Positions 47,748 to 57,197 of a stretch of 64,000 bases of DNA are shown piece by piece; the first letter of the stretch is position 1; each line of letters begins with the position of its first letter. Both the position numbers and the translations under genes were made by a program. The stretch lies in assembly GCA_947471985.1 (NCBI GenBank), contig CANIZL010000003.1:747-64746 (forward strand), read 5' to 3'. The stretch comes from Verrucomicrobiota bacterium (GTDB taxonomy: Bacteria > Verrucomicrobiota > Verrucomicrobiia > Limisphaerales > UBA9464). Under the pieces are notes generated by a model that saw nothing but the letters and a program-made list of their open reading frames with translations, was not told the origin of the DNA and made no database searches.

Positions 47748-50700
47748 ATGTTTCCCCGTCTAACGCTGCTGATCGTCCTCCTGCTGGTGGGTCCATGGAG
47801 TTCCCCACTCCGTGCCGACGTGTCTTTCCGGACCAACGCCACCGTGTTGTTCTACGGCAATTCGCTGATGGAACGATTGGCGGAACACGGCGAATTGGAG
47901 GCTTGGGTGCAGCTGGCACATCCGCAGCAGCACCTGCATTTCCGCAGTCTGGCGTGGACCGGCGACGAAATCGGCCATCAACTGCGCGCCGAGGGCTATG
48001 CCGATTACATGAAGGGCTTGCTGGCCGAGTGGCCGGCGCAGGTGGTCCTGATGGGGTTCGGCATGAATGAGTCGTTCGCGGGCGCCGCGGGCTTGGCCGA
48101 TTTCCGCGCGCAACTGGCGACCTATCTGGAGCAACTCAGCCGGCGACATCCGCAGGCGACCTTGGTGCTGCTCGCGCCGACGGCGGTGGAATTGGGGGGA
48201 CAAGTGCGGGACACGTTGGGACGCAATCGGGATCTCGCCGCGTATGCCCAGGTCATGGAGGAAGCCGCCCGGTCGCGCGGGGTGTTGTTCGTGGACCTGT
48301 TTTCCGCCACCCGCGACGCCATGGCGAACACGGTGGAGCGGCTCACGGTGAACGGGATGCATTTGAACGCCGCGGGGAATCGGGTCGTGGTGCAGCTCAT
48401 CGCTCGGGCGTTGCTCGGCGACGCGGCTTTCCAACGGATCTCGCCGGCGCGCGTCCTGGAGGTTGCCCCGGCTGCTGCGCGAAAAAATCATTTCGTCGCG
48501 GAGGTGGCGCGCCCAAAGAATGCCGATCTCTACTACGGCGTCCGCAAACGGCCCGAAGAATATGCGGCGGAGATTCCGCGGTATCACCGCATGATCGCCG
48601 CCACCGAGGCCCTCGAGTATGAACTCGCCGCGTCCCCGGATCGCCGGTTCAACAGCACCTCCACGCCCTGGCTGGAACCCCTGCCGCCCGGGGCCGGTCA
48701 CGACGACGGCAAGAGCACGGGCATCATCAAGAGCCCGGCGGAGGCTCTCGCGGAAATGAAGATGGCCGACGGTTATGCCGTGAATCTCTTCGCTTCCGAG
48801 GAACAGTTTCCGGACCTGAAGAATCCTGTGCAGATCGCCTTCGACGCCCGCGGCCGCCTGTGGGCCGTCACCATGCCGTCCTTTCCCCACACGGTCCCGG
48901 GGATGAAGCCCGACGACAAAATCGTCGTGCTCGAAGACACGGATCACGATGGCCGGGCGGACAAATTGACGGTGTTCGCGGACGGACTGGATGCGCTGGA
49001 CGGTGTGGCGTTTCACGAACGCGGGGTGATTGTTTCCGAACAACCGCGGTTGTGGTTGATGCAGGACACCGACGGCGACGGCCGGGCGGATTTCAGGCAG
49101 GAGTTACTCCGGGGCATCGACGTGACGGATTCGCATCACGGGGGAATGATCGCCACCGATCCGCTGGGCCACGTGTGGTTTTGTGACGGAGTGTTTCACC
49201 GGTCCCAAATCGAGACGCCGCAAGGCGTGGTGCGGGCGATTGATGCCACGACTTTCCGCCTGAATCCGCGCACCGGCCGGGTGGATGTGGAATGGCAGAG
49301 CATCACGCCGAATCCGTGGAAGATCACCTTCGATCGTTACGGAAATGTTTTTCAGATGTATGGCGACGGATTGGTCCTGGACGGCTTGCCGCTGACCTGG
49401 ACACCCCTCGGCGTGTATCACCCGTTCGCCTACGCCAAGACGGTGGACTACGGCAAGGGCTCGGCCGCGGCGAGCATTTCGAGTCCCAATTTTCCGCCCG
49501 AATACCAGCAGGGAATGGCCTCCGCTGCGCTCTTGGGACGCTACAGCGTTTCGTTGACGAAATATGATTTCGCCGAAGGCATGGTGCGCGGCTCGGGGCG
49601 GCTCGACATACTGACGTCGCCGAACCCGGCTTTCCGCCCGGCCGATGTGGAATTCGGCATGGATGGCGCGCTGTACGTTTCCGATTTTTGCAGTGCGATC
49701 ATTGGGCACGCGCAGCATCCGATGCGGGATCCGCATTGGGATCACACGCACGGCCGGATTTGGCGCGTGGTCTACTCGGGGCGGCCGGTGGTGAAGACGT
49801 GGCCGCAGATCGAAGGCGCGAGTGTCCCGCAATTGCTCGCGTTGCTCCGCGATTCGCAGGATCTGGTGCGGCACCATACCCGCATTGAATTGCGCCGGCA
49901 CGGAGCGTCGGTGCTGCCCGCGCTGGAGGCCTGGGTGAGTGCGTTGGATTCCGCCCGGCCGGAATCCGAAGCCGCGTTGCTGGAGGCCGTTTACGTGGCG
50001 GAGGGCCTGGGGCAGACGCGTCCCGCCTGGTTGACCCGTTTGGCGCAGTCGCGCGACCCGCTGTATCGCGCCGCGGCCACCCGCTTGATTCGCTATCAGG
50101 CCGATCGCCTGCCGGATGCCACCGAGCGTCTCCAAACAATGGCGATGGATCCGCATCCGCGGGTGCAGATGGAAGTGGTGGACGCGGTGGCGCACCTGCG
50201 GCCGACGCTCCCGGCGGCGGAGCACGCGTTGCACGCACTGACTTCGACCAACGCGGATGTGAAGCACATGATGGCCGATTTGCGGCACGGCACTCGACCG
50301 GCCAAGGGACGCAGCGTTCCCGTGCTGGAGACGGCTCCGGAGACTCGCTTGAACGAATGGCATTGGCTGGGCACCGCGGGTTCCGGATCGGCCACCCGCT
50401 ACCGCGCCGGCGGCCCCAAGGGCGGCACGCCGCCGCCGGGCAGCGGCGTCTATCGCACCTATTTGCAGGCCACGGCGGCGCAGCCCGCGACGCTGGCGGT
50501 GAGGTATAGTTTCCTCGACATCTCGGTGAACGGCGACCAGCTGCTCTCCCACGACTCCCAGTGGAGCAGCGAACAACAGGTGCAATTTGATCTGCGCCCC
50601 GGCTTGAATGTGATCGACGTGGAACTGCGCCGGCTCAACGGCGCCCCGCCGGCGATTTACCTTTATGACCCCGTGGGCCAGCCCCTCGCCAACGTGCGTT

Positions 50701-51137
50701 TGGCGTCCGATGAAGCCAGCCTGCGCGAGCTGTCGACGGCGTGGAATCAGGCGAACGCGCCGCAAGCGGGTACGCTGCGGGTGCAGGCGGGGGCCGGGCT
50801 CCAGTTCATTCCCCGGGAATTGCGCGTGAAGGCCGGCACGCCGGTGCATCTGACCTTCGAAAACCCCGACCTGATGATTCACAACTTCGTACTCGTGGCG
50901 CCGGGTGCGGCCGACGAGGTCGGGGACCTGGCCGACCAGTTGGCGAAGCAGCCGTACGGGTTGTCCCGCCAATACGTGCCGGAGACGCCGAAAATCCTTC
51001 AATCCACCCGGCTGGTGAATCCCAAGGCGAAGGCCCAGCTCGATTTCACGGCGCCCAATGAGCCCGGGCGTTATCCATTTCTCTGTACCTTTCCCGGCCA
51101 TTGGCGCCTTATGAAGGGCACGCTGATCGTTGAGTGA
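47748..51137 (+). CDS. Large secreted multidomain protein: SGNH-like, membrane-bound-dehydrogenase-type propeller, HEAT repeats, C-terminal cupredoxin
   Basis: ATG at 47748 gives the signal [23 protein letters not shown]. Contains [30 protein letters not shown], and HEAT-like [17 protein letters not shown]. The C-terminal type-1 Cu ligand pattern is MIHNF...[16 protein letters not shown]. Confidence 0.8.
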   Translation: MFPRLTLLIVLLLVGPWSSPLRADVSFRTNATVLFYGNSLMERLAEHGELEAWVQLAHPQQHLHFRSLAWTGDEIGHQLRAEGYADYMKGLLAEWPAQVVLMGFGMNESFAGAAGLADFRAQLATYLEQLSRRHPQATLVLLAPTAVELGGQVRDTLGRNRDLAAYAQVMEEAARSRGVLFVDLFSATRDAMANTVERLTVNGMHLNAAGNRVVVQLIARALLGDAAFQRISPARVLEVAPAAARKNHFVAEVARPKNADLYYGVRKRPEEYAAEIPRYHRMIAATEALEYELAASPDRRFNSTSTPWLEPLPPGAGHDDGKSTGIIKSPAEALAEMKMADGYAVNLFASEEQFPDLKNPVQIAFDARGRLWAVTMPSFPHTVPGMKPDDKIVVLEDTDHDGRADKLTVFADGLDALDGVAFHERGVIVSEQPRLWLMQDTDGDGRADFRQELLRGIDVTDSHHGGMIATDPLGHVWFCDGVFHRSQIETPQGVVRAIDATTFRLNPRTGRVDVEWQSITPNPWKITFDRYGNVFQMYGDGLVLDGLPLTWTPLGVYHPFAYAKTVDYGKGSAAASISSPNFPPEYQQGMASAALLGRYSVSLTKYDFAEGMVRGSGRLDILTSPNPAFRPADVEFGMDGALYVSDFCSAIIGHAQHPMRDPHWDHTHGRIWRVVYSGRPVVKTWPQIEGASVPQLLALLRDSQDLVRHHTRIELRRHGASVLPALEAWVSALDSARPESEAALLEAVYVAEGLGQTRPAWLTRLAQSRDPLYRAAATRLIRYQADRLPDATERLQTMAMDPHPRVQMEVVDAVAHLRPTLPAAEHALHALTSTNADVKHMMADLRHGTRPAKGRSVPVLETAPETRLNEWHWLGTAGSGSATRYRAGGPKGGTPPPGSGVYRTYLQATAAQPATLAVRYSFLDISVNGDQLLSHDSQWSSEQQVQFDLRPGLNVIDVELRRLNGAPPAIYLYDPVGQPLANVRLASDEASLRELSTAWNQANAPQAGTLRVQAGAGLQFIPRELRVKAGTPVHLTFENPDLMIHNFVLVAPGAADEVGDLADQLAKQPYGLSRQYVPETPKILQSTRLVNPKAKAQLDFTAPNEPGRYPFLCTFPGHWRLMKGTLIVE

Positions 51138-51156
51138 ACCTCCGTTGTCTCACCCT

Positions 51157-52260
51157 ATGAAAATTACCCGCATTCTCGCTTATCGCGTGGAACTGCCGCT
51201 GCACGAAACCACCTACAAGTGGTCGGGCGGCAAGTCCGTCACCGTTTTCGACAGCACCATCGTGCGGGTCGAGACGGACACCGGTCTGGTGGGCCATGGC
51301 GAAGTTTGCCCACTGGGGCCGTTTTACCTGCCCGCTTATGCGGAGGGCGTTCGCGCCGGGATACGCGAGCTGGGCCCGCACCTGCTGGGCGCGGATCCGC
51401 GGCAATTGGCCAAGCTCAATCGGCTCATGGATGCCGCTCTGAAGGGGCATCCGTATGTGAAGAGCGGCATCGACATCGCGTGCTGGGACATCCTGGGTCA
51501 GGCCGCGGGGATGCCCGTGTGCGAATTGCTCGGCGGCCGTTACGGGGCCGATTTTCACCTCTATCGGGCGATTTCCCAGGAGTCACCCGAGAAGATGGCG
51601 GATCAAGTCGCCGGGTATCGCTCGCAGGGCTATCGGCGGTTTCAACTCAAGGTGGGCGGGGACCCGGATGTCGACATCGCGCGCATTGAGGCCGTGTCCG
51701 CGAAACTGCATCCCGGCGATCGCCTGGTGGCGGATGCCAATACTGGTTGGGTGCAACACGAAGCCGTGCGCGTGGCCCGGGCGGTGCGGGACGTGGATGT
51801 CTACATCGAACAACCGTGTCTCACCTACGAGGAATGCCTCGCGGTTCGCCGGCAGTGTGCGCATCCGTTTGTCCTGGATGAAAATATCGACGACCTCGGC
51901 ATCCTCCTGCGGGCGAAGGCGGATCTGGCGATGGATGTGGTAAACTTGAAGATCAGCAAGCTGGGCGGGCTCACGAAGATCCGGCAGGCGCGCGATTTGT
52001 GCGTGAGCATGGGCATCGCCATGACGCTGGAGGATTCCTGGGGCGGGGACATCGCGACCGCGGCCATCGCGCATCTGGCGCACAGCACGCCGACGGAATT
52101 CCTGTTCAGCACCACGGACTTCAACAGTTACGTGACCGTCAGTACGGCCACGGGAGCGCCTCAGCGATTGGACGGTCGCATGGCGGCGTCCACGCAACCC
52201 GGGCTGGGCATCCAGCCGCGCATGGAAGTCCTGGGCACGCCGGTGGTCGACGTTCACTGA
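51157..52260 (+). CDS. Enolase-superfamily enzyme (mandelate racemase/muconate lactonizing family)
   Basis: ATG at 51157 ([15 protein letters not shown]). Contains FQLKVGG (KxK), ADANTGW, IEQP, LDE and NLKISKLGG. Confidence 0.85.
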   Translation: MKITRILAYRVELPLHETTYKWSGGKSVTVFDSTIVRVETDTGLVGHGEVCPLGPFYLPAYAEGVRAGIRELGPHLLGADPRQLAKLNRLMDAALKGHPYVKSGIDIACWDILGQAAGMPVCELLGGRYGADFHLYRAISQESPEKMADQVAGYRSQGYRRFQLKVGGDPDVDIARIEAVSAKLHPGDRLVADANTGWVQHEAVRVARAVRDVDVYIEQPCLTYEECLAVRRQCAHPFVLDENIDDLGILLRAKADLAMDVVNLKISKLGGLTKIRQARDLCVSMGIAMTLEDSWGGDIATAAIAHLAHSTPTEFLFSTTDFNSYVTVSTATGAPQRLDGRMAASTQPGLGIQPRMEVLGTPVVDVH

Positions 52261-52317
52261 GGGACGAGTTGGGGAATCGGTATGCGTTTGGATCTGGGAC
52301 GGCGGCGATCTGCTTTC

Positions 52318-53061
52318 ATGAAACTTCACCTTCGTACGGCAATCCGTCGCGGTCTCGCCGCCGTCCTGCTGGCGGGAACCTTGAGCACGCAGCCGGCCGG
52401 CTCAGCCGACGTCGAGCCGCTCGCGGTTTTTCGTCGCGGCGCGCGGGTGCTTTTTCAGGGCGATTCGATCACCGATGGCAATCGCGGTCGCAGCGCCGAT
52501 CCGAATCATATTCTGGGCCACGGCTACGCGTTCATTGTCGCGGCGAAGTATGGCGCGGCTTTTCCCGAGCGGGAACTGACCTTTCTCAATCGGGGCATCA
52601 GCGGCAACACGGTGACGGATCTGGCGGGGCGCTGGGCGAAGGACACGGTCGAATTGAAGCCCGGAGTGCTGAGCATTTTGATCGGCGTGAACGATGCCGC
52701 CAAGAAGGTCCCGGTCGCGGAGTTTGAGCAGGCTTACGATGAATTGCTGACCCAAACGCGGGCCGCCCTGCCGGGAGTTCGCCTGGTGTTGGGCGAGCCT
52801 TTCCTCCTGCCGGTGGGTGTGCGCAAAGAGGGCTGGGAAACGGCGCACGCCGATATGGTGTTGCGACAGGAAGCGGTCGCCCGGCTGGCGCGAAAGCACG
52901 GGGCGGCGCTGGCGCGGTTTCAAACTGCGTTGGATGCGGCCAGCCGCCGTGCCGCCCCGGATCACTGGATCTGGGACGGCATTCATCCGACGTATTCCGG
53001 CCATCAAATTCTGGCCGAGGAATGGGTGCGGGCGGTGAAGGAATTTTGGCCGTCGCCGTGA
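52318..53061 (+). CDS. SGNH/GDSL hydrolase family protein
   Basis: ATG at 52318 gives a signal peptide. Catalytic blocks FQGDSITDG, NRGISGN, LIGVNDA and WDGIHPT. Confidence 0.85.
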   Translation: MKLHLRTAIRRGLAAVLLAGTLSTQPAGSADVEPLAVFRRGARVLFQGDSITDGNRGRSADPNHILGHGYAFIVAAKYGAAFPERELTFLNRGISGNTVTDLAGRWAKDTVELKPGVLSILIGVNDAAKKVPVAEFEQAYDELLTQTRAALPGVRLVLGEPFLLPVGVRKEGWETAHADMVLRQEAVARLARKHGAALARFQTALDAASRRAAPDHWIWDGIHPTYSGHQILAEEWVRAVKEFWPSP

Positions 53062-53077
53062 CCGTACCGCAGCGGAA

Positions 53078-53410
53078 TTACTTCTTTTCCGCCTGCTTCT
53101 TGGCTTCCTGCTGCTTCACCGCCGTGGCGAGTTTGGTGAGGTACTTCGCCTTGTCCTTGTTGAAGTCCTTCACGCAGTTCTTGCAGCAGAACTTGATGGT
53201 CTGGCCGTCGTTCACCATCTCGAAGGGCTTCATATCGCTGCCGGCGAATTTCTCGTCCGAGACCAGGCAGTACTCGAGCGGATACGGCTTGGCCTTCGCT
53301 TCCTTCGCGGAGGCGGCGGGCTTGTTGGCGGGTTCGGCTGCGCGGACGGAAAGCGCGGGGATCGCGCCGGCAAGCAGGAGGGCGGTGAGGCAGGAGTTCA
53401 CGAGTTTCAT
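53078..53410 (-). CDS. Small secreted Cys-containing protein (YHS/TRASH-like metal-binding inference)
   Basis: 110 aa. Signal MKLVNSCLTALLLAGAIPALSVRAA, then YCLVSDEKF...GQTIKFCCKNCVKDFNKDKAKYL. It is the last gene of the minus-strand ECF block. Confidence 0.65.
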   Translation of the reverse strand: MKLVNSCLTALLLAGAIPALSVRAAEPANKPAASAKEAKAKPYPLEYCLVSDEKFAGSDMKPFEMVNDGQTIKFCCKNCVKDFNKDKAKYLTKLATAVKQQEAKKQAEKK

Positions 53411-53448
53411 AGGATTTGGTGAGGAGTGTACTTACTACGGTAAAGGGA

Positions 53449-54042
53449 TCAAACCAGGGCCAGCCAGCGGGAGAGGCGTTGGCGGAGTTGTTGGCGGGCG
53501 CGGTAGAGGCGGGATTCGATGGTTTTGGACGTCGTGGTGAGCAGCCCCGCGGCTTCGGTCACGGAACGATCCTCCAGTTCGCAGAGGATGACCGCTTCGC
53601 GGAGATCCTCGGGCAGCTCGGCGACGGCTTGGCGCACGGCGCGTTGCCGTTCGCCGGCGAGGGCGTCGTCGGCGGGACTGCCTCCCGTCGCGGGCAGCCG
53701 GTCGGCCAGACTTGGGGCGCCATCCGTCGTGCCCGCCTCGAGGGAGACTTCCGGGCGACGCTGGCGGGAGCGCAGATGATTGCGGGCGAGATTGCCGGCG
53801 ATGGTGAACAGCCAGGGGGAGAAGCGGGCGCCCGCCTGGAATTTCCCGCGATGTTGGTAAACCCGGACAAAAGTTTCCTGGGCGAGATCGTGGGCAGCTT
53901 CCTCGTCGCCCACGAAGCGGCAAAGAAACCCGAAGAGCACTCCGGCATGACGTTCCATGAGGGCGGAGAGGGCCGCCTCTTGTCCGGCGGCGAGGCGCAC
54001 CATGTCGGCCTGGTCCAAAGCCTCGGTTTCATGGGGACTCAT
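53449..54042 (-). CDS. ECF sigma factor (sigma-70 family)
   Basis: 197 aa. Region 2 is DEEAAHDLAQETFVRVYQHRGKF...FSPWLFTIAGNLARN. Region 4 is REAVILCELEDRSVTEAAGLL.TTSKTIESRLYRAR. Confidence 0.9.
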   Translation of the reverse strand: MSPHETEALDQADMVRLAAGQEAALSALMERHAGVLFGFLCRFVGDEEAAHDLAQETFVRVYQHRGKFQAGARFSPWLFTIAGNLARNHLRSRQRRPEVSLEAGTTDGAPSLADRLPATGGSPADDALAGERQRAVRQAVAELPEDLREAVILCELEDRSVTEAAGLLTTTSKTIESRLYRARQQLRQRLSRWLALV

Positions 54043-54520
54043 GCGCGGGGTGAGCCATCGATTCCACCATCCCGCCCGGCAGGCCGAGGGTCAGGCGTTG
54101 CATTTCGGCGAGGTACCGCTCGCCCTGCGCGCGGGGCAGGGTACGGGCGATCTCCTGAAAGTGCCGGAGCATCCGGGCCTGACATTCCGCACGTAGGGTG
54201 GCGATCTCGATCAGCTTTTGTTCGACGTCCGGTCCAACATTGGTCCGGCCCCGCAGTGTGCTGGCGAGTTCGGTGTTTTTGGCGGCCAGCCGGCGGCACA
54301 TTTCCTGGCACTGGGTTTGATAGCCCTGATGCAGGGGACGGATGCGCGAGAGATCGGTCTCGCTGAGTTGAAATTCATGGCACAACCACGCCAGATCGTC
54401 GGACTGGCGTTCCGCGGTGGTGACCCGTGCCCGTGAGGCGGCCCAGTAGCACAGGGCGAAGAGCGCACCGCCGGCGGTCAGGGCGAGGAGCAATCCGACC
54501 AGCGGGCGCAGGGTCTTCAT
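54029..54520 (-). CDS. Membrane-anchored periplasmic sensor-like protein (Spy/CpxP/CnrX-type helical family)
   Basis: 163 aa. The N-terminal TM segment is followed by a helical domain with degenerate LTxxQ-like motifs (QLSETDLSRI, LPRAQGERYL). It overlaps the sigma gene start by 14 nt. Confidence 0.6.
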   Translation of the reverse strand: MKTLRPLVGLLLALTAGGALFALCYWAASRARVTTAERQSDDLAWLCHEFQLSETDLSRIRPLHQGYQTQCQEMCRRLAAKNTELASTLRGRTNVGPDVEQKLIEIATLRAECQARMLRHFQEIARTLPRAQGERYLAEMQRLTLGLPGGMVESMAHPAHESP

Positions 54521-54849
54521 GGCATTGATCGGTGGAACGGGCTTACGGACGCCAGATAGCGCGTCTGCTCCACCTGTTGTACCCGGGTGTCACCCGAGCG
54601 AAGTCCCAGCCAGCCGCCGGTGAGCATCAGGGCCGCCAAGCCGGCGACAGCGAAACCGGGACGGAAGAGTTGTTGCACCCAGCGATCCAGCCAGGTCCGT
54701 GGCGAGACCTCCTCCAATCGGAGTTCCTCCAGTTCCAAACGGCGCCAGACCCCTTCCTGAAACCGCGGCGGCAGGGCCGGAACCGGGTGCGCCTCCTGCA
54801 AAAGGCGGCGTAGCTCGGAATCTTCGGGTGGGAGTGGGGTGGCATTCAT
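54517..54849 (-). CDS. Small single-TM protein, putative anti-sigma factor
   Basis: 110 aa. The cytoplasmic N-terminal ~55 aa precede one TM segment (FAVAGLAALMLTGGWLGL). ATGA-type 4-nt overlap with the downstream sensor gene. Confidence 0.55.
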   Translation of the reverse strand: MNATPLPPEDSELRRLLQEAHPVPALPPRFQEGVWRRLELEELRLEEVSPRTWLDRWVQQLFRPGFAVAGLAALMLTGGWLGLRSGDTRVQQVEQTRYLASVSPFHRSMP

Positions 54850-54857
54850 GGCCGGAG

Positions 54858-54882
54858 GGGCGGCGGTGCTGGACCGCCGCCC
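54858..54882 (-). other. Intercistronic GC hairpin
   Basis: GGGCGGCGG (54858-54866), a 7-nt loop, CCGCCGCCC (54874-54882). It lies between the His/Cys/Met-rich gene and the anti-sigma-like gene. No U-tract, so it is not a classical terminator. Confidence 0.35.
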
Positions 54883-54903
54883 GGGGTTGATTCGGCGGTG
54901 GAT

Positions 54904-55227
54904 TCAGTGCCTGGTGTGGGCCTTCGCGCCGCTGCAACAGCCCATTTTGGAGTCGCCCGCCTGAGCCATGGAACACGATGCCATGGCGGATTTATGGGCG
55001 CTGCACATGCCCGCGGCAACTTTGGTCTCCGGCCGCGCCGCATTGGCGCGGGGGGATCCCAAGGGCTGCGTGCCGTGCACGTGATCGTGATCGCCACCCA
55101 CTGTGGCGGCTTCCGTCGTTGCGTCCGGCGCGGTTTTGGCCGGGCTCAGGACCAGCGGCACTCCGGCGACCACGGCCAGCGTGGCGGCGGAGGCGAGGGC
55201 AGTGAGGGTCAATTTAAGGAATTTCAT
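54904..55227 (-). CDS. Small secreted His/Met/Cys-rich protein (putative metal-binding)
   Basis: ATG at 55227 gives the signal MKFLKLTLTALASAATLAVVAG. The mature part contains GGDHDHVHG, MCSAHKSAMASCSMAQ and KMGCCSGAKAHTRH. Confidence 0.6.
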   Translation of the reverse strand: MKFLKLTLTALASAATLAVVAGVPLVLSPAKTAPDATTEAATVGGDHDHVHGTQPLGSPRANAARPETKVAAGMCSAHKSAMASCSMAQAGDSKMGCCSGAKAHTRH

Positions 55228-55411
55228 GGAGGTGAAGTGTTGTGTTTTCGGTTGGGGCGACGAACCAATCATCACCCTTCATCCTCGCTTACCCCGCCAC
55301 CCCGAAAATCCCGCAGAAATTCTTCCGGAATTTGGGAACTCTGAAATCCGCCCGTCCCCGGGGGCCGCCGGATCCGGGCAGGGCGGCCCGGTCGGCGGTG
55401 CATCCTGCGCC

Positions 55412-55867
55412 TTATTGCTTCCCGCGCGTCGCGTCGAGGCGGCCGGCGGCGTATGCGGTGAAGACCCGCTGGATTTCGTCGCGCACCTGTCGGAACACTT
55501 GCAGTCGCTCGGCTTCGGAGCCGACCGCGTGGGCCGGGTCCAGGAAAGGCCAGTGATGACGGTTCAGCTGTCCGGGAAACACCGGGCAGGCCTGGTCGGC
55601 ATTGCCGCACACCGTGATGACGGTTTCCACGTTGCGAGTGAGGAAATCATTCATGTGCTTCGACGTATGGCTGCGGATGTCGATGCCGATTTCCCCGAGG
55701 GCGGCAACCGCCATGGGATGCACATAGCCGGCGGGCTTGCTGCCGGCGCTGGCCACTTCAAAGCGGCCCTGGGCGGCGGCACGCAGGATGCCTTCGGCGA
55801 GGTGGCTGCGACAGGAATTGCCGGTGCAAAGAATGAGCACCAACGGGAGCGGGGTGGAGGGATTCAT
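55412..55867 (-). CDS. arsC: Arsenate reductase, LMW-PTPase/thioredoxin-coupled type
   Basis: 151 aa. P-loop LCTGNSCRSHLAEG, plus the downstream Cys pair VCGNADQACP. Confidence 0.88.
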   Translation of the reverse strand: MNPSTPLPLVLILCTGNSCRSHLAEGILRAAAQGRFEVASAGSKPAGYVHPMAVAALGEIGIDIRSHTSKHMNDFLTRNVETVITVCGNADQACPVFPGQLNRHHWPFLDPAHAVGSEAERLQVFRQVRDEIQRVFTAYAAGRLDATRGKQ

Positions 55868-55897
55868 GCTTTTTAGGGAAAGATTCGGGACGTGCGG

Positions 55898-56569
55898 TCA
55901 CGCCGCCGCAGTTTCGGCAGCGCAACAGTCGGGACCGCGCAGGGCGCGGCACGTGGGGATGGCCAGCCAGGCGCCCAGGACGGGGGCGGTGAGGTAAATC
56001 CAGAGGTGCTCCAGCTGGCCGCTCACGACGGCGGGGCCGAGGGAGCGCACCGGGTTCATGGAAGCCCCGCAGATGGGGCCGGCGAACATGGCTTCGAGGG
56101 CAATCATCGCACCGATGGCAATGCCCGCCGTCACACCCTTTTCCTTGGCGCCGGTGGACACATTGAGGATCACCAGCATCAGCATAAAGGTGAGGACAAC
56201 TTCCAAAATAAAGCTCTGACTGGCCGCACCGGCCGGGAGGGTTCCTCCGAGGCCCTTCGCGGTGGGAAAGAGGAATCGCAAAAGACCGCTGGCCGCCAGT
56301 GCGCCGGCGATTTGGGCGGCCACATAGCCCGGGACCTGGCGCCAGGAAAAGCGGCCGGCCACGGCAAAAGCCGTCGTCACCGCCGGGTTCATGTGGGCGC
56401 CGCTGATGTCGCCGAGGGTGTAGATCAGCGACAACACCACGAGGCCAAACGTCAGGGCCACCCCGGCGTGGGTGATGACCCCGTGGGTTTCCTGATTGAT
56501 CACGATGGCTCCGGTGCCGGCGAAGACGATGACGAAGGTGCCGAGGAATTCGGCGAAGGATTGTCTCAT
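55898..56569 (-). CDS. MIP-family aquaporin/aquaglyceroporin in the ars operon
   Basis: ATG at 56569 (MRQSFAEFLGTFVIVFAGTG), inside ORF 55898..56767. First NPA box SGAHMNPAVT; second box is NPV (GASMNPVRSLGPA). Confidence 0.85.
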   Translation of the reverse strand: MRQSFAEFLGTFVIVFAGTGAIVINQETHGVITHAGVALTFGLVVLSLIYTLGDISGAHMNPAVTTAFAVAGRFSWRQVPGYVAAQIAGALAASGLLRFLFPTAKGLGGTLPAGAASQSFILEVVLTFMLMLVILNVSTGAKEKGVTAGIAIGAMIALEAMFAGPICGASMNPVRSLGPAVVSGQLEHLWIYLTAPVLGAWLAIPTCRALRGPDCCAAETAAA

Positions 56570-56967
56570 GGCGGGCAGGTCGATCGACGGGATTTGGTGC
56601 ACGAGAAACCAACGCAGCAGGCGCCGGCATCGCGGAGGGTTAGTCGTTTTTGCAGCCGCCGGGCATCGGCCCGTAGCGTGCGGTCGTTTGCCAGGGATTC
56701 CGAAAAGGCTTCGAAGAGCAACGCCAGTGGCTGCTCGGCCGCCGTGGCGATGGCATAATAGCTCCACTTGCCCTCGCGGCGGGTTGCGACCAGCTCGGCT
56801 CGGCGCAGGACCTGCAGGTGCGTGGAGAGCGTCGACTGCGTGACCTGGAGGGCGTCACACAATTCGCAAACGCAAAGTTCGCCCCCGCGCAGGCCTGCGA
56901 GAATCCGAACGCGCGTGCGATCGGCGAAGGCCTTCGTGGCGGAAAGGAACTGGAGACGGCGACTCAT
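56566..56967 (-). CDS. arsR: ArsR/SmtB family metalloregulator
   Basis: ATG at 56967 (MSRRLQFLSATKAFADRTRVRIL). Metal site ELCVCELCDAL and a wHTH. A C-terminal Cys-rich tail is present. Its stop overlaps the aquaporin start. Confidence 0.88.
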   Translation of the reverse strand: MSRRLQFLSATKAFADRTRVRILAGLRGGELCVCELCDALQVTQSTLSTHLQVLRRAELVATRREGKWSYYAIATAAEQPLALLFEAFSESLANDRTLRADARRLQKRLTLRDAGACCVGFSCTKSRRSTCPP

Positions 56968-56970
56968 CGA

Positions 56971-56986
56971 ATCGGTACTTACCGAT
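56971..56986. promoter_or_regulatory. Perfect 7-2-7 inverted repeat immediately upstream of arsR (candidate ArsR operator)
   Basis: ATCGGTA CT TACCGAT at 56971-56986, which is 4-19 nt upstream of the proposed arsR ATG on the minus strand. Confidence 0.4.
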
Positions 56987-57197
56987 ACGTAGTTTGCCGT
57001 GAACGCCCCGGGCAAGCCATTTGGTTGGGGCAATTCGTCACGCGGGGGCGCGGAGCCGCGGAGCCGCGGAGAGGAACGGGCGAAGGGGTGATCAAATCAG
57101 GCACGCCGGGGTGTGGAGAAGAAATAGGGAATAAACCCCAACAAAACTGCTTCTCCTCCGCGTGCTTTTTCAGGAAAGCTCCGCGGGATGCCGCCGC

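Noticed and set aside
49104-51101. Very long antisense or shadow ORFs, for example 49104..51101 -, 13970..15172 -, 11256..12170 -, 31729..33228 -, 32384..33583 -, 36937..38193 -, 61365..62984 -, 18922..20424 -, 21206..22738 -, 6870..8060 + and 24750..25898 +
   Set aside because: Each lies opposite a gene with clear family motifs. Their translations are Arg/Gly/Pro/His-rich low-complexity strings with no motifs. This is typical of stop-codon-poor frames in high-GC DNA.
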